The position numbers were made by a program, and so were the translations under genes. 64,000 nucleotides of DNA. It comes from Trichosphaerium sp. ATCC 40318 (taxonomy: Eukaryota > Protista > Tubulinea). The stretch lies in contig JALMLS010000277.1 of the NCBI GenBank assembly GCA_038496445.1, forward strand, positions 310,001 to 374,000, in the 5' to 3' direction. Shown in pieces: positions 1 to 11,605 of this stretch. Numbering within the stretch: the stretch's first letter is position 1; each line of letters starts with the position of its first letter. The notes below the pieces were generated by a model. The model saw only the letters and a list, made by a program, of their open reading frames with translations, ran no database searches and had not been told where the DNA came from.

Positions 1-3000
1 ACTGAGCTTCCCTTTAGAACACAAATACTTACCAACAAGAGGATCTATTTGCAAACCAAAGTGTAGCACCAACATTGTCACCATCTCATTCCACACGTAG
101 AGGTATTTTTTGCGGGTTTTCTGGTTTGTTTCTTACTCTTTTTCACCATTAGCGGCTCCAATTGCTAGTCCCTACGCTGAAGAGATATGCTCATCAGATG
201 ATGAAGACGAATGGGAAGGAGATGGCGGTGCAAATCTATTGGATTCATTCTCCGGTTTTACAGCCATTGGTGGCGGTGCACCTCAAAATTCGGGTGGCTT
301 TGGAGGAGCGCGCAGAGGTATTGTAAGGCCTCAAAGGCTAAATAGAGCATCCACATCAAGCTCTGTCACTGGAAGTAGAGGAAGAGGAAGAGGAAGAGGA
401 ATGGCTAGATCTAGAGTACCTGCCCTTGCGCGAAAAAAGACAAGGTAAAAACAAATTTAAGTTATTTAACCTTGTTGCTTCCTTCTTATAATATCTAAAT
501 TCCGTACTAATTATGGTTTAATTAGATCAAAACCTACATCAGCATTATTCTCAAAGAATAAGAAAAAGGGGAAGAAAAAGAAAGCTGGTGCTTCTCCAAG
601 AAGCCGTAGCATGCAATCAAGACAGGAGAATGAATCTAGTATAGATCCGTTTGCTGCAGCACCTCCTCCACAAGCGAATGCTTTTGACTTGCTTTCACCA
701 CAATCAGCTCCACCCTCAATGTCGTACGCAGCGTCATACGGAGCGCCTCCAGCGCCTGCCGCGGCTCCAATGGCATCGTATGGGTACGGCCAGCAACAGC
801 AACAACAGCAAATGCCGCCACCACCACCAGGAGCTTCATTCGGTTATGCTGCATCTCAGCCGAGAGTTCCTCCACCAGCTAACCCTTACTACTTGACGAA
901 CTCCTTAAATAAGTCAGCCCAGGTCCAACGTGGTTATGTCCCACCAAGTAACTACTACCCACCTGTGAACCAACCTGTGAGAAGACCTGTTAGCAGACCT
1001 GTTAGCAATCAAACTCCTAAGAAAGAGACCAGTACGTAACTCTTATTGAACCTTCTCTTTTAGAAACTTACAATGGTTTTTCTTTATAGGTATTGTGCGC
1101 GTGTTTGCTCATAGCGCGAAGAAGAAAAAACCTACTGAAGATAGAACTGACTTTAGAGAGACTGTTTACTGGGCCTCAGGATTACTCACAGATTCTAATG
1201 GTCGTGTTACTGTTACTTTTAATCTATCAGAGAGTGTTACTGGATTTAAAGTAATGGTTGATGCTATGGATAGACGAGGACGTGGTGGTGCACTTGGTAA
1301 GCACAAAACAAAAAAAAAAAGAAAATGGTTGTATGGTTACTAACTGATTTTTGACAATAGGCGCTACTGATCACCTAATTAAATGTGTTGAACCTTTCTC
1401 TGCTGATCCTAAGGTTCCTATGGAGGTTTCTGCAGGCGATACTATAATGTTACCTGTCACTCTTGTGAATTCTACAGAACAGCATATAAATGGTGGTTCT
1501 ATTGAAGTTTGGGCTGGTTCTGGTCTTGATCTTGATCCAGATACAAATAAACATCAAGGTATTAATATTCCACCAGATACAAATGTTAGAAGGATTGTGC
1601 CTGTTGTCGTTCAAGATGTTCCTCTTGAAACTGAAGTAAAAGTTATCGCAAAGGCTGAAGGTGGTTATCAAGATAACATTGTTCGAAAGATCAGAGTAGC
1701 TCCATTGGTACGTTGTGTCTTTTTTCTTCTTTTTTTCTTTATTTTTTTTCAGTTTGTTTTGTGGTCTGTTGCGTTGTAAATGTACTTACCTGTTATTATT
1801 TATAGGGTTTCCCAAAATCATTCGGTGATGCTGGAAGCGTTTCACGTGGTAAAGTCCAAGAATTCCAGATCAATATCCCTAAAAACGTTGTACCTAACAC
1901 AGTTACAACTTCTGTACGTTCTTTTTTTTTGTGATGCTTTTTTGGTCTACAACGCTAACTCGCTTGTTGTATAGACGACTTTCTATGTATCTCCTGCAGC
2001 TAAGTTCACTGGTTCACTTGCTGGACTTATTAAAGAACCTTATGGCTGTTTTGAACAGCTTGGTGCTACTGTATATCCTATGGTTCAAGCGCTCAAGTAC
2101 TATGCTAAATCAGGAACTGGTACACCTGCTTTGATCAGTAAAGCTCAAACCAAGATTAAAAGCGGTTACAAAAAGCTAACAGCATATGCTTCTCGTAGCG
2201 GTGGATTCGAATGGTGCGTCACTTGTTCAGGTTTTTTTACCTTGTTGTTTGTTGCTTATTTTTTTTACAGGTATGGTGGTAATCCAGGTCATGAAGTATT
2301 GACGGCCTTTGGCTTGTTAATGTTCAAGGAAATGGCTGATGTACATCCAGTAAACAAGTCCATGATTAAGAAGCATCTCAAATGGCTTCTTGGTCGGCGT
2401 AACGGAAGAGGTAGATGGCATCTTGCTCGCGGTAAATATGCTTTTGCATACCCACCAACAAATGTTGCCAATGGTACGCGAACTATAATTTTTTGCGCTT
2501 TAACTCACGTGGTATGTCTTAGCTTACATTTGCTGGGCTTTAACTGAATGGGGTGTTGCTGGTTCAGAGCTACAGAATGAAATCAACGATACTGTAACGA
2601 CTGTCAAGGTACGATAACTTCTTTTTTTTTTGATTGATTTTGCTTTGTGTCTGTTGGCTTTGGCTTACGCTTTATAGACTGGAAGTTGTAGTTATATATT
2701 CTCATTGGTCGCTATGACACTTGCTAATGTTGGCAAAGTCAATGACGCAAAGGTAGTAGCCGATAAACTCGTAGTCAAACAAATCAAGAGTAAGAACTAC
2801 ATGGTACACAGGGTTTTTTAAATTAACCATTTTCTTTAGGTGGCAACGACATGGGTAAAGTAAAAGATTGTCAACAAACAATAACTCGATCTGGTAACCC
2901 TGGAAAACATGTCGAAGCTACAGCTCTAGCTGTTCTTGCTTGGCTCAAGTAAGAACAAGACACAAACTTTTTTTGGGTTCTTTTGAGTTTCTCGAGTCTT

Positions 3001-4344
3001 AAATTCGTATTTAGGATTGATCCACGCAAGTATGCTCAAAACATTACCAACGGATTAGCGTATTGCCAAAAGAATAACCGATTTGGAGCCTACGGCACTT
3101 CCCAAGCTACAACTCTTGTCCTTAAGGCTGTAATGACTCAGTTTGAGTCTGGATCAGCTGCTGGAAGTGGTGGAAGAACAGCTGGTTCTCCAACTCTAAC
3201 TTTGGTAAGAGCAATTAACCATCTTTGATCTATTGAATAAATTAACTCACGTGTTTGTAGTCTGTTAATGGAAGACGTCATTCTCAAAAGAGTTGGACAA
3301 AGAACTCATCAGGAAACTTTGTATTACCTTCTTTTGCTGAGGTATTGCCTCCTGGCAAGCACAACATAAAGCTTGAAGTAAGCGGTGATTATTCAGGAAG
3401 CCTTCCATACTCTGTACGTCAAATGAGATTCAGGATGAAGTTCGAATGCCTTTATTTACTTTTTCCTTAGTGCGACATTTCTTATCATACTATCCGTCCT
3501 GATGAGGATGAAGAGTGTGCTACTCGCGTATCTTGCTTCTTGAGTAATGAGAAACTCACTGAAGGCGAAGGAGCTGAGATTAGAACTACAGTTACGAACA
3601 ATACTAACGAAGAACTTCCAATGACAATGGCTATTATTGGGTATGTTCGTATGAAGCCTTTTGGCTCAAACTTCTTTTCTCACGTGTTCGGTTGCTGATT
3701 GGTTGTTCCTTTTTAGAGTTCCTGGAGGTCTTGAAGTACGCACTGAGAAGCTCAAAGAGCTTGTAAAGCAAGAAGTAATCGACCTTTGGGAGATGAAAGG
3801 GCGTCAGGTTATTTTGTACTGGCGTGGCATGACAAAAGGTCAAAAAGTTCAGTTTAACATCGATGTCACTGCTAGAATCCCAGGTTCATTCATATCACCT
3901 CCTTCAAGGACTTACCTATACTACACACCAAGTACGAAAAAACCGATTAACACGTGTTAAAACTGACAAAACGTTTTAGATCACAAATGGTGGATAAACC
4001 CAATTCAAGTCCATATTGCTCCTGTTTCTGGGGAAGTCTTTGAGAGATCTACTCCTAAAAATACTTCTTCATCAGGAAAACCTTCTTCTTCTTCTACAAG
4101 TAATGAAGGATCTGATGATCTTACTATACTTGTTAAAGAAGCTGACGATGATGATTTTGAAGAGATTTATTTGAAAGATAAAACAATGGGTGAATTGAAC
4201 AAAGCTGTTGCTGAGAACTTTGAAAGGAAAGAAAAAGATATCGCAAAGATTGTAAAGCTCAGTAATGGTACAAAAGTTAGACGTGATGCTCATGTTGGAA
4301 AACTTACATCTTCTGATAAACTCGAAGTACACTGGAGCTCATAA
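1..4344 (+). CDS. Thioester-containing protein / alpha-2-macroglobulin family, multi-exon, 5' end outside window; extra C-terminal ubiquitin-like domain
   Basis: RTDFRETVYW (A2M MG6) at ~1143-1172; thioester motif EPYGCFEQ (GCFEQ at 2044-2058); GGFEW-YG, YGTSQATTLVL and receptor-binding-domain PGGLEV...SRTYLYY segments; stop TAA 4342-4344. Confidence 0.9.
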
Positions 4345-4712
4345 GAACCAAAATGTCAAATTGATGTAGAGTAAATAAAAACCCATAATTGTGCAACATT
4401 CTTTGCCTCGTTTATGACAAAATTGTTGATTATGACGCTGTCCGCATTTCAAGGCTTTGGTTGGCCAACAAAACCAACAAGCTAGATTGAGGAAAAGTAG
4501 CGAGCAATCGAAACCTTAGAGACTATGATGTTGCAGTAGCTGTACAAGGTAAGAAGAACTACGGTTTTACAACTCAATGCAGTGCTATTACTTTAGTGGT
4601 AAAAAAGAACATACAAGAAACTTGAACTTGAGCATGTGTTCAAACAAAAAGAAACAAAAGACCCAACACTGTTTGCAAGGAGGCACAATGTGTGCTCTTT
4701 GAAATGTATCAT

Positions 4713-5592
4713 TTATTCAAATACTTCTTCAATAAGCCATCGTTGGTTATTGTTTAACGTACTGCCGATAGACCACATATGTACTGACTGACCAACCGCT
4801 TAAATACAAAATATAAGATCGCTGAGTTTACATCAAAAGTAAAAGAGAAAGTTTACCTGATGCAGTGAGCCCATCTATGGCATATCCCAGAGCATTTCTT
4901 TTGGTAAAGCGATACGTTTGATTAGGTTGAGCCTCTTTCTTCCAGTGTTGATTATAGTTTGTCTCAATACAATCCCAAAGGTGTACACGTGCTCCGTTCG
5001 AACCGCCACTTGAGCCATCAATGCACATGTTTGTGTATTTCTTTTGATAGGAATAGAAGCCATTCCCTCTGTCAATCTCTATCCACTGCTGGTTGATATT
5101 GTTGGTGCTAAATGGATACAAGTATACTTCTTGACCTTGAATACCACCCCAGTTGGCATCTAGCGCATAGGTAGGAGTTGTGTACTTGCGGAACATTACG
5201 TATCGTGTCTGGTCTTTCTTGAAAGTGTCTCCGCTAGCATCACCGTCGTTGGTCAAAACGCAGGATTCCATGAAATAGAGGTTGCAAATGTAGTTCGAAT
5301 AGGTTTTGTAGTATTTGCATCTGGTGTCGCTGGTGCACAGTTGTTCGCATTCTTCTTGCGTTACTGAGGTATCACGTGGGAAGGTACACTCTCCAGGGCC
5401 TCCGTACCAATCGCAAGAAGTGATTGTTGAGCCAGGGTAGTGGCCGTCACAGCCAACGAAGTTTCCAATAAAGATATCTTTGCGACAACCAGTACAAGAC
5501 TCAGATGAGGCAGAGGATATCTTCGTGTATGTTTGAGCATCAGCAGATACGAAAAGCAGACAAAGAGCAAGGGTAAGGATAGGAATTCTCAT
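4713..5592 (-). CDS. Secreted PAN/apple + ricin-B (QxW) lectin protein, one intron ~4799-4856
   Basis: Signal peptide; ECEQLC...CKYY...CNLY PAN cysteine pattern; three QxW repeats (NQQW, NQHW, and NQRW in the spliced last exon). Confidence 0.8.
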
Positions 5593-6224
5593 GATAATGA
5601 CGAGAAGTGTTGATTGTTGTAAACTAAAAGTTTGATATTTAAATCAGATTGCCCTGCCTTGACTCAATCTCAAATTACGTGAAATCCGGTCTCGGTTTTT
5701 GTTGAATGATTTTAGTTAGCATCACAATTATGCTACTAGTGATTGCGTAGCCGCAGCTACACTAAAATAGCTCTGACTCTAAAAACCGAATACCAGCTGC
5801 TGAAAAAAGTGTGCACGTACTACAACGGTACGGAGGTAACAAATACATCTGAAGCGTATATATGTTTAGTTCTCGTATCTCTTTTTTTTTGTGGTAGCAC
5901 AAGAAAACCGAAAAGAGTGTTCGTAAACTCAGGCACTTGCAAATTATTGTTCAAATAAAATAACGTTAAAACAAATTCAGCGCTCGCTTCTCCTTTAGAT
6001 ATCTAGTTGCCTTGGATTGAAGTTTCGTTCCCTCAACGTACACATCTAAACAATTCATTGTAGTGGTACTGTTGACTTCAAGCCTGTAGTTTCGAGAAAA
6101 GTACAGGTTGCTGCCATTTTACAGACAATTTAAAGTGAACTCAGAAATTACGTCATAAAAGACTGTTAACAGAAAAACACAACCCAACAAAAAGGTGAAT
6201 CGTAAGTTATTATAAACTGTTTTT

Positions 6225-6923
6225 TTAATCTATTATTACACCATCTTTGGTGATTACACCTTGCCGTATGCCTGTAGGTAGATCACGTGATATTTCTAGT
6301 GTATTAGTTGCACAATCCAGTATGCCAAAATGCGTTGGTTTCTTGTCTACACTTGCTCCACGTACAGCAGCGAGTGCCACATGTTCATCATTACAATATG
6401 AAGCGTGAGTTGCTAGTGCCTTGAGATCTCCAGAAGCTGCTTGAACCAACATTGATTGATAACAGTAACGACTCTGATTTGTGAAGAGGAAATAAGCCAA
6501 GAACAATTTGACTTTCGGAAATTCTTCTTGTAGCTTTTTAAGCATGCCTAACGCTAGTGTACAGCAAACTGCGTCTTCCATAAACACTTTTGGAGTACAT
6601 AGAAGTAACACCTGATCCTTATTGATGGGGTAGAACGCAAAAGGAAGCCTTGCGAACCATTTAGAGCTATGTAGCGCTATTTTTACGTACCGTGCTGTGA
6701 TATTAGGTTTTGAAGGTTTTTGCGCCGGCATTTTCTTCTTTTTCTTGCTACAGTTTGGCTTGTGTGTCTTCCAATGGCTTCTCTGACATTTAACGTCACA
6801 ATACCGTACAGAACGGCAGGTACCACAAAGTAATAGTTTCCTATCTGTACTCGCTTGTTTTTTACATGCGTCACACGACTGTTGTGCCATTCCGAAATAA
6901 TGTAATTCAGCGAATATTACCAT
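6225..6923 (-). CDS. MYND zinc-finger protein, intronless
   Basis: CDAC...CGTCRSVRYCDVKCQRSHWKTHKPNC. Confidence 0.85.
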   Translation of the reverse strand: MVIFAELHYFGMAQQSCDACKKQASTDRKLLLCGTCRSVRYCDVKCQRSHWKTHKPNCSKKKKKMPAQKPSKPNITARYVKIALHSSKWFARLPFAFYPINKDQVLLLCTPKVFMEDAVCCTLALGMLKKLQEEFPKVKLFLAYFLFTNQSRYCYQSMLVQAASGDLKALATHASYCNDEHVALAAVRGASVDKKPTHFGILDCATNTLEISRDLPTGIRQGVITKDGVIID

Positions 6924-7558
6924 TTCCTTAACGTTTTTTTGTTGTAATCAAATCGAGAAAAATTCTCATAGGTGCTCCACAAACACTAAGTATTCACTTG
7001 CAGTGTAATCTCTAGTGCATCTCAATTTAAGCGCTAAAATCATCAATGGCAACTGTCGAGCGAAGTAGTAGTGCAACTAACTACATCAATAGGTTTCAAG
7101 CAGTACTTTATCATTTATTTGAACAAGTAAATACACTAGAAGGAGCACAACCAGTGGAGGCCTATTACAATTTCAATGTGAAATACCTTCATTTATGAGA
7201 AGGATGAGGATAACAAGATTTGGCATTGCAATCGAAGGAACTTACAAAAACAATCTGGCGATAACGGAAATAACTCAGCGAGAAACTTATAGTAACTATA
7301 AGCAATTCTCTATCGTTTGCTGCACATTCGGAGGTTTACGAACAACACGTGCACTGTAGCTTGAAAACAGTACTCCTAATTCTCAAGGTTTTAGCACGAT
7401 AGAGTTATTTACACTCAATTCTCGCTTTTCTTATGTATCAATTACTAATGGGAACGAGTCTTAGATATTTGCCCAGATTCTTGCTGAAAGGAAGTTCCTT
7501 CCAGCATTCGAGCTAGTTTTTTTTTTCCGATTTTGGAAAAACAATATCCATTTCTGAC

Positions 7559-9209
7559 ATGAAGCTTCTCCATGCCATTGGCGCTCTTTTGCTACTATGT
7601 GTTACTACACACGCTTTAGAGCCTACTGGCTACTTTTTTGACTGGACAGTGCGTCAACACGCTCAAGTACGTCACTACAAGCGTAAAAGGAAGCAATTGA
7701 TAGAAATTGTAGCCTTCCTACGAAAAATGGGTTGAAGCCGGTTACATTCCGATGCCGCACTTGGACGATTACGGCGGTGCACACCCTTATTCTATTAGAG
7801 TATGGGAAGAGGAGCAAGCTAAAGGAAGACCAGTTGCCGCAATGATACCAATCGATGGTGCTCCTTTAACAGGTCGTTTAGACCGTCGCAGCGCGGTACA
7901 AGACATGGCCGATAATGCACCAGCTATGGACATGCTTCTTGCAGACTTAGAAGGAAACGAAACCAAAATAATGCTGGACATGACAGAGATTATTCGTGTA
8001 GTTCGCTCTAGTTCAAACCCAAATGTCAGTAACGCTATGATTGGTAACTATGCATTCTTTCCTGGTCTTACGCGTCCTGGTGGGTACCCGTGGACACAGA
8101 ACAATACCGTAAGAGATGCTTTCTATCGTAGTAGCGGCATGACAATAGCACAACCTAATTGCTATCCATATTCGTTTTATCACCTTCACACTGTTGCTCA
8201 CTTTTATGGCACGAATATTTGTCCTAGTCAACGTGCTGCAATGTTCTGGGCTCCAGTTGAACTCTTCTCAACGGCAGCCAAAGCATTACCAGAAGGACAT
8301 TTGATCATTCCGTGGCTCAATGGACCTATCACTCGCTTACTTCAGTTCCCTTCAAAGTTACCTCCAAAGCAAGACCATCTCGCGCTTGTTAAGCACTTCC
8401 GTATGAGAGGAGCAGATGGTTATGCACGCTTAGCTGTGTTCATTGATAGACACGGCGTTTACCCTGAGGAGGCATGGGTACGACACTACACACATGACGA
8501 ACAAAGACGTGACTACCTTGACACGTGGAACAGTTTGAACTGCTATTTCGGGACAGAACCAACTTCGTTCTTGAATATGGAAACTGAGAAGACTACAGGT
8601 GTCACATGGAGCGGCGTAAGATACGAAAATGATGTTCGTATTCTTGTTAGCAACTTGGGATCTGAACCTGCTACAATAACACTCCCTCAACACTACGGCT
8701 TGCCAGTAGCCACACCTCCAATACAGCCATTTACACATGTTGAACTTCACTACGATATCCTGAACATGCTCGTCAACGAAAACTTTGATCAAGACGTTGC
8801 GCCTTGGTATGCTGGTGGTAGTAACGGATACTCAACAATAGGAGGCGCAGATAATTCTTCCTGTTTGAAACTTGAAGGAAGCTACTGGGGTGCTGTATAC
8901 AACTCAGTTGCCAAAACAGAACCTGGTTCAACGATGAGAATGTACTTGACCTTGAGAGCTTCTCAAGCTAATAGGCATTTGATGGTTCGTTTCTACTGTA
9001 CTGATGAAGCAGGTGTTGCTATCAACGGTCTTGTAGGCGAAATCACTGGTGGAGATTTCAAAATTGTTTCGACTGAAGAAGAACGTCAGCATTTTGAGTT
9101 TACTGTTCCTTCTGATACACGTATCAAAGGTATTAAACCAATACTGTATAACGTAGATTTTCTCTCCGGCGTTATCATATACGTTGACAACCCAGTAATA
9201 AAATTCTGA
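7559..9209 (+). CDS. Secreted protein: putative glycoside-hydrolase-like domain plus C-terminal carbohydrate-binding (CBM4/9-like) beta-sandwich
   Basis: ATG 7559 gives signal peptide MKLLHAIGALLLLCVTTHA; intron 7667-7712 (GTACGT..TAG) joins in frame to the 485-aa ORF; C-terminal NMLVNENFD...FEFTVP...IYVDN pattern. Confidence 0.65.
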
Positions 9210-9433
9210 GCCTTTTCTTAAATAAACTTGACGTCGTTCCTGTTCATGAATACGTGAGGATTTCGCTTGAGCTTAAGCTAGAACAGTGTGTACAGTACAA
9301 AGTCTACAATTAATTATTATCATACAATACAAAGGAACGAGATAATCACCATTGCTTTTCAGGAGTCTGGCTACTCCTTACAACAAAGGCGATCAAGCAA
9401 CTTGCTTGCAAGTCACGTGATGTTGGGTTTTTT

Positions 9434-10237
9434 TTAAAAACGTTTTGCGAAATAAACAGCTACTCTAGATCCTACATCAACTATTTTTATCCATAGTTTA
9501 TATCTTTTAGCATGATCACCACCTGCTCTTAATGCAGCTTGTTCCTTATGCTCAACTTCATCCTTACAACAATGCTTCAAAAGTCTTAACAATTCAGTGT
9601 TCGAATAAATAGATTTCTCCTTTTCTAGACGCGCAATTTGGCTGTTATAGTGCTCTTCTACAAAAGTTTCTACTCCTGCTGTAGTAGCATAGAAAGCTTT
9701 TGGTGAGTATAGAGTTGGTATTGCACCTAGTAGGAACCCAGAAAGCCGCCATAAGGGTAAGATTTTTGACCACTTCTTTTTTTGTAGAATCCTGTCAAAA
9801 TAGTAAAGATGTTCAGACTCTGCTTCCAAATGCTCTGTGATGAATGCGTTTAGTTTTATGAATTCTTGTTTCGCTTTATCCGTTTTTGGAGCATATTGTC
9901 TTAAAGCCCATTTAGCACCTTTGTAAATATATACAGCACCTATTCTACGCGTAAGAAGCTATTTAAATCGTTTTGTAAATAAAAAACGCGTAATGTTAAT
10001 TTTACCTGTTTCTCCGGCGTGGTCCGATCGTAATTCTTGCTCCAACCATTGAGGACAATCAGCGGTAATATCCGAGGCCATACTTGAAAGCTGTTCATTC
10101 TTGAATTCATAGTTTTTCTTCTCACCGTATTGCTGACGTACAGAGAGGTGATATGATCGCTTTTGCATCTTTATAATACCAGTTCGCGTAAAGTTTGGCC
10201 GAAAAGCCATAGTATCGCGTACACAGTATCGCAGCAT
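9434..10237 (-). CDS. COQ7: 5-demethoxyubiquinone hydroxylase (COQ7/CLK-1), one intron
   Basis: LRSDHAGETG|AVYIYKGA, ESEH, VETFVEEHYNSQ, DEVEH di-iron motifs; Arg-rich mitochondrial-type N-terminus. Confidence 0.93.
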
Positions 10238-10386
10238 CGTTGTAAACACCTATGCGCTTCGAGCGGTGTTGAATGTTGTACTCACTTAATAAGTCGCCCT
10301 TAACGTACCTTTCGTACAACTGTGCCACAAATGGAGCGGCATAGATGTGGACGAAGTAAGTACGTAAAGCAAGCTGCCTACCATTG
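10238..10386. promoter_or_regulatory. Probable bidirectional promoter (COQ7 / channel gene)
   Basis: Divergent ATGs 149 bp apart. Confidence 0.5.
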
Positions 10387-11361
10387 ATGACATTTGAAAT
10401 TAGCGCCCTTGTATTTTTACTCGTTACAGCGCTATGGGCAGGATACCTAGGATACATTATATGGCTTTTTATAATCGGGAGATCATCTGTACCTGTTGAA
10501 AGGAGGCAATTGATCAAATACGAAAAATTACCATTCCCAGCAGTCGCAATGTGCGCACGTACCGAGTTTCTGTCTATTGTCAATGAAGGTTGTATAGAAG
10601 CTATAGGTGACCCACCAAGGATAAAAAATACTGCTTCTAGACGAACTTTTACACTTCTACCTTTCTTCAATGTCACGTGTTTTAACTATAATTATCAAGA
10701 AAATTCATCACTTTTTTCTCATCATGTACCAAGAAACTTAACGTGGAATGATAGACCTGCAACAACATATGTTTATTGTGGTATGCAGTATAATGTATCA
10801 TATAGTAGTATTACTACAACTCTTTTTGAACCTGTGACGATATTTCTTTATAAACAAAATGAGTTTAAAAGTCAAGAAGAAGTAAAAGGATATTTGATGG
10901 ACGAATACAATAACCCTCAAACACTTTCTTCTCTATCACCTAATGCGATATTAAGAATACGACTAAGTTACTTCACATACGATGAGGGGCCTCAATGGGA
11001 CTTTGAAAAAGAGCTGTATCAGACGAATATGATTGCAAAAAGTCAAAATGGTAATTTGTACAATAGTTTTGTTAACATTGCATACAACGCTCTTGAAGGT
11101 TATCATATAGAAAAAGGATATGTTTTACATGATACTTGGTTAGTATCTGTTATTATGGGTATTACTGGATTTGCTTTCTTATTGTATAGAGTTTTTTTAA
11201 AGGACGTACCGGCTACTTTAAGTACTATATTTTGTTGTGAAGAACCAACAAAAAAGATGGAAGATAACTTGATCGAGTTTGAAGACTTTACACGTACCTC
11301 CCATTATGATGATTGGCAGACATCATCTCCACCTAAATCCGAGTTGTGTGGTTGCTGTTAA
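10387..11361 (+). CDS. Two-TM DEG/ENaC/ASIC-like (or PAC-like) ion channel subunit, intronless
   Basis: N-terminal TM, then YEKLPFPAVAMC (cf. LxFPAVTIC), ~220-aa ectodomain with N-glycosylation sequons, second TM WLVSVIMGITGFAFLLY. Confidence 0.6.
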   Translation: MTFEISALVFLLVTALWAGYLGYIIWLFIIGRSSVPVERRQLIKYEKLPFPAVAMCARTEFLSIVNEGCIEAIGDPPRIKNTASRRTFTLLPFFNVTCFNYNYQENSSLFSHHVPRNLTWNDRPATTYVYCGMQYNVSYSSITTTLFEPVTIFLYKQNEFKSQEEVKGYLMDEYNNPQTLSSLSPNAILRIRLSYFTYDEGPQWDFEKELYQTNMIAKSQNGNLYNSFVNIAYNALEGYHIEKGYVLHDTWLVSVIMGITGFAFLLYRVFLKDVPATLSTIFCCEEPTKKMEDNLIEFEDFTRTSHYDDWQTSSPPKSELCGCC

Positions 11362-11605
11362 TAGCCAATACCGAATTGAGAGATGAAATACATTCTTTTT
11401 TTTTTTCAATAAACCAAAAACCTATTAACGTCATGTTTTATAAACTCTTGTTTCGGTTGATTTGCTTCAGTACTACTTTGTTGTGAACAAGTAATATAAT
11501 AGAACTACAATATAGCGTTTTCGTGCTCATCAATGAATTGCAAAAGATGCTGTTAAAGACAATGTTCGTGGTTTGAAGGTCTTTTTTTTTATGTGTATAC
11601 ACAAG

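Noticed and set aside
379-401. GGAAGA tandem repeat
   Set aside because: Coding RG low-complexity repeat within the A2M bait region
7046-7300. Small + strand ORF MATVERSS...
   Set aside because: About 50 codons, no recognisable motif, splice model ambiguous
10122-10676. 184-aa minus-strand ORF and the many other 60-120 aa ORFs in the track
   Set aside because: Antisense shadows or intron read-through of better-supported genes; many start at TTG/GTG
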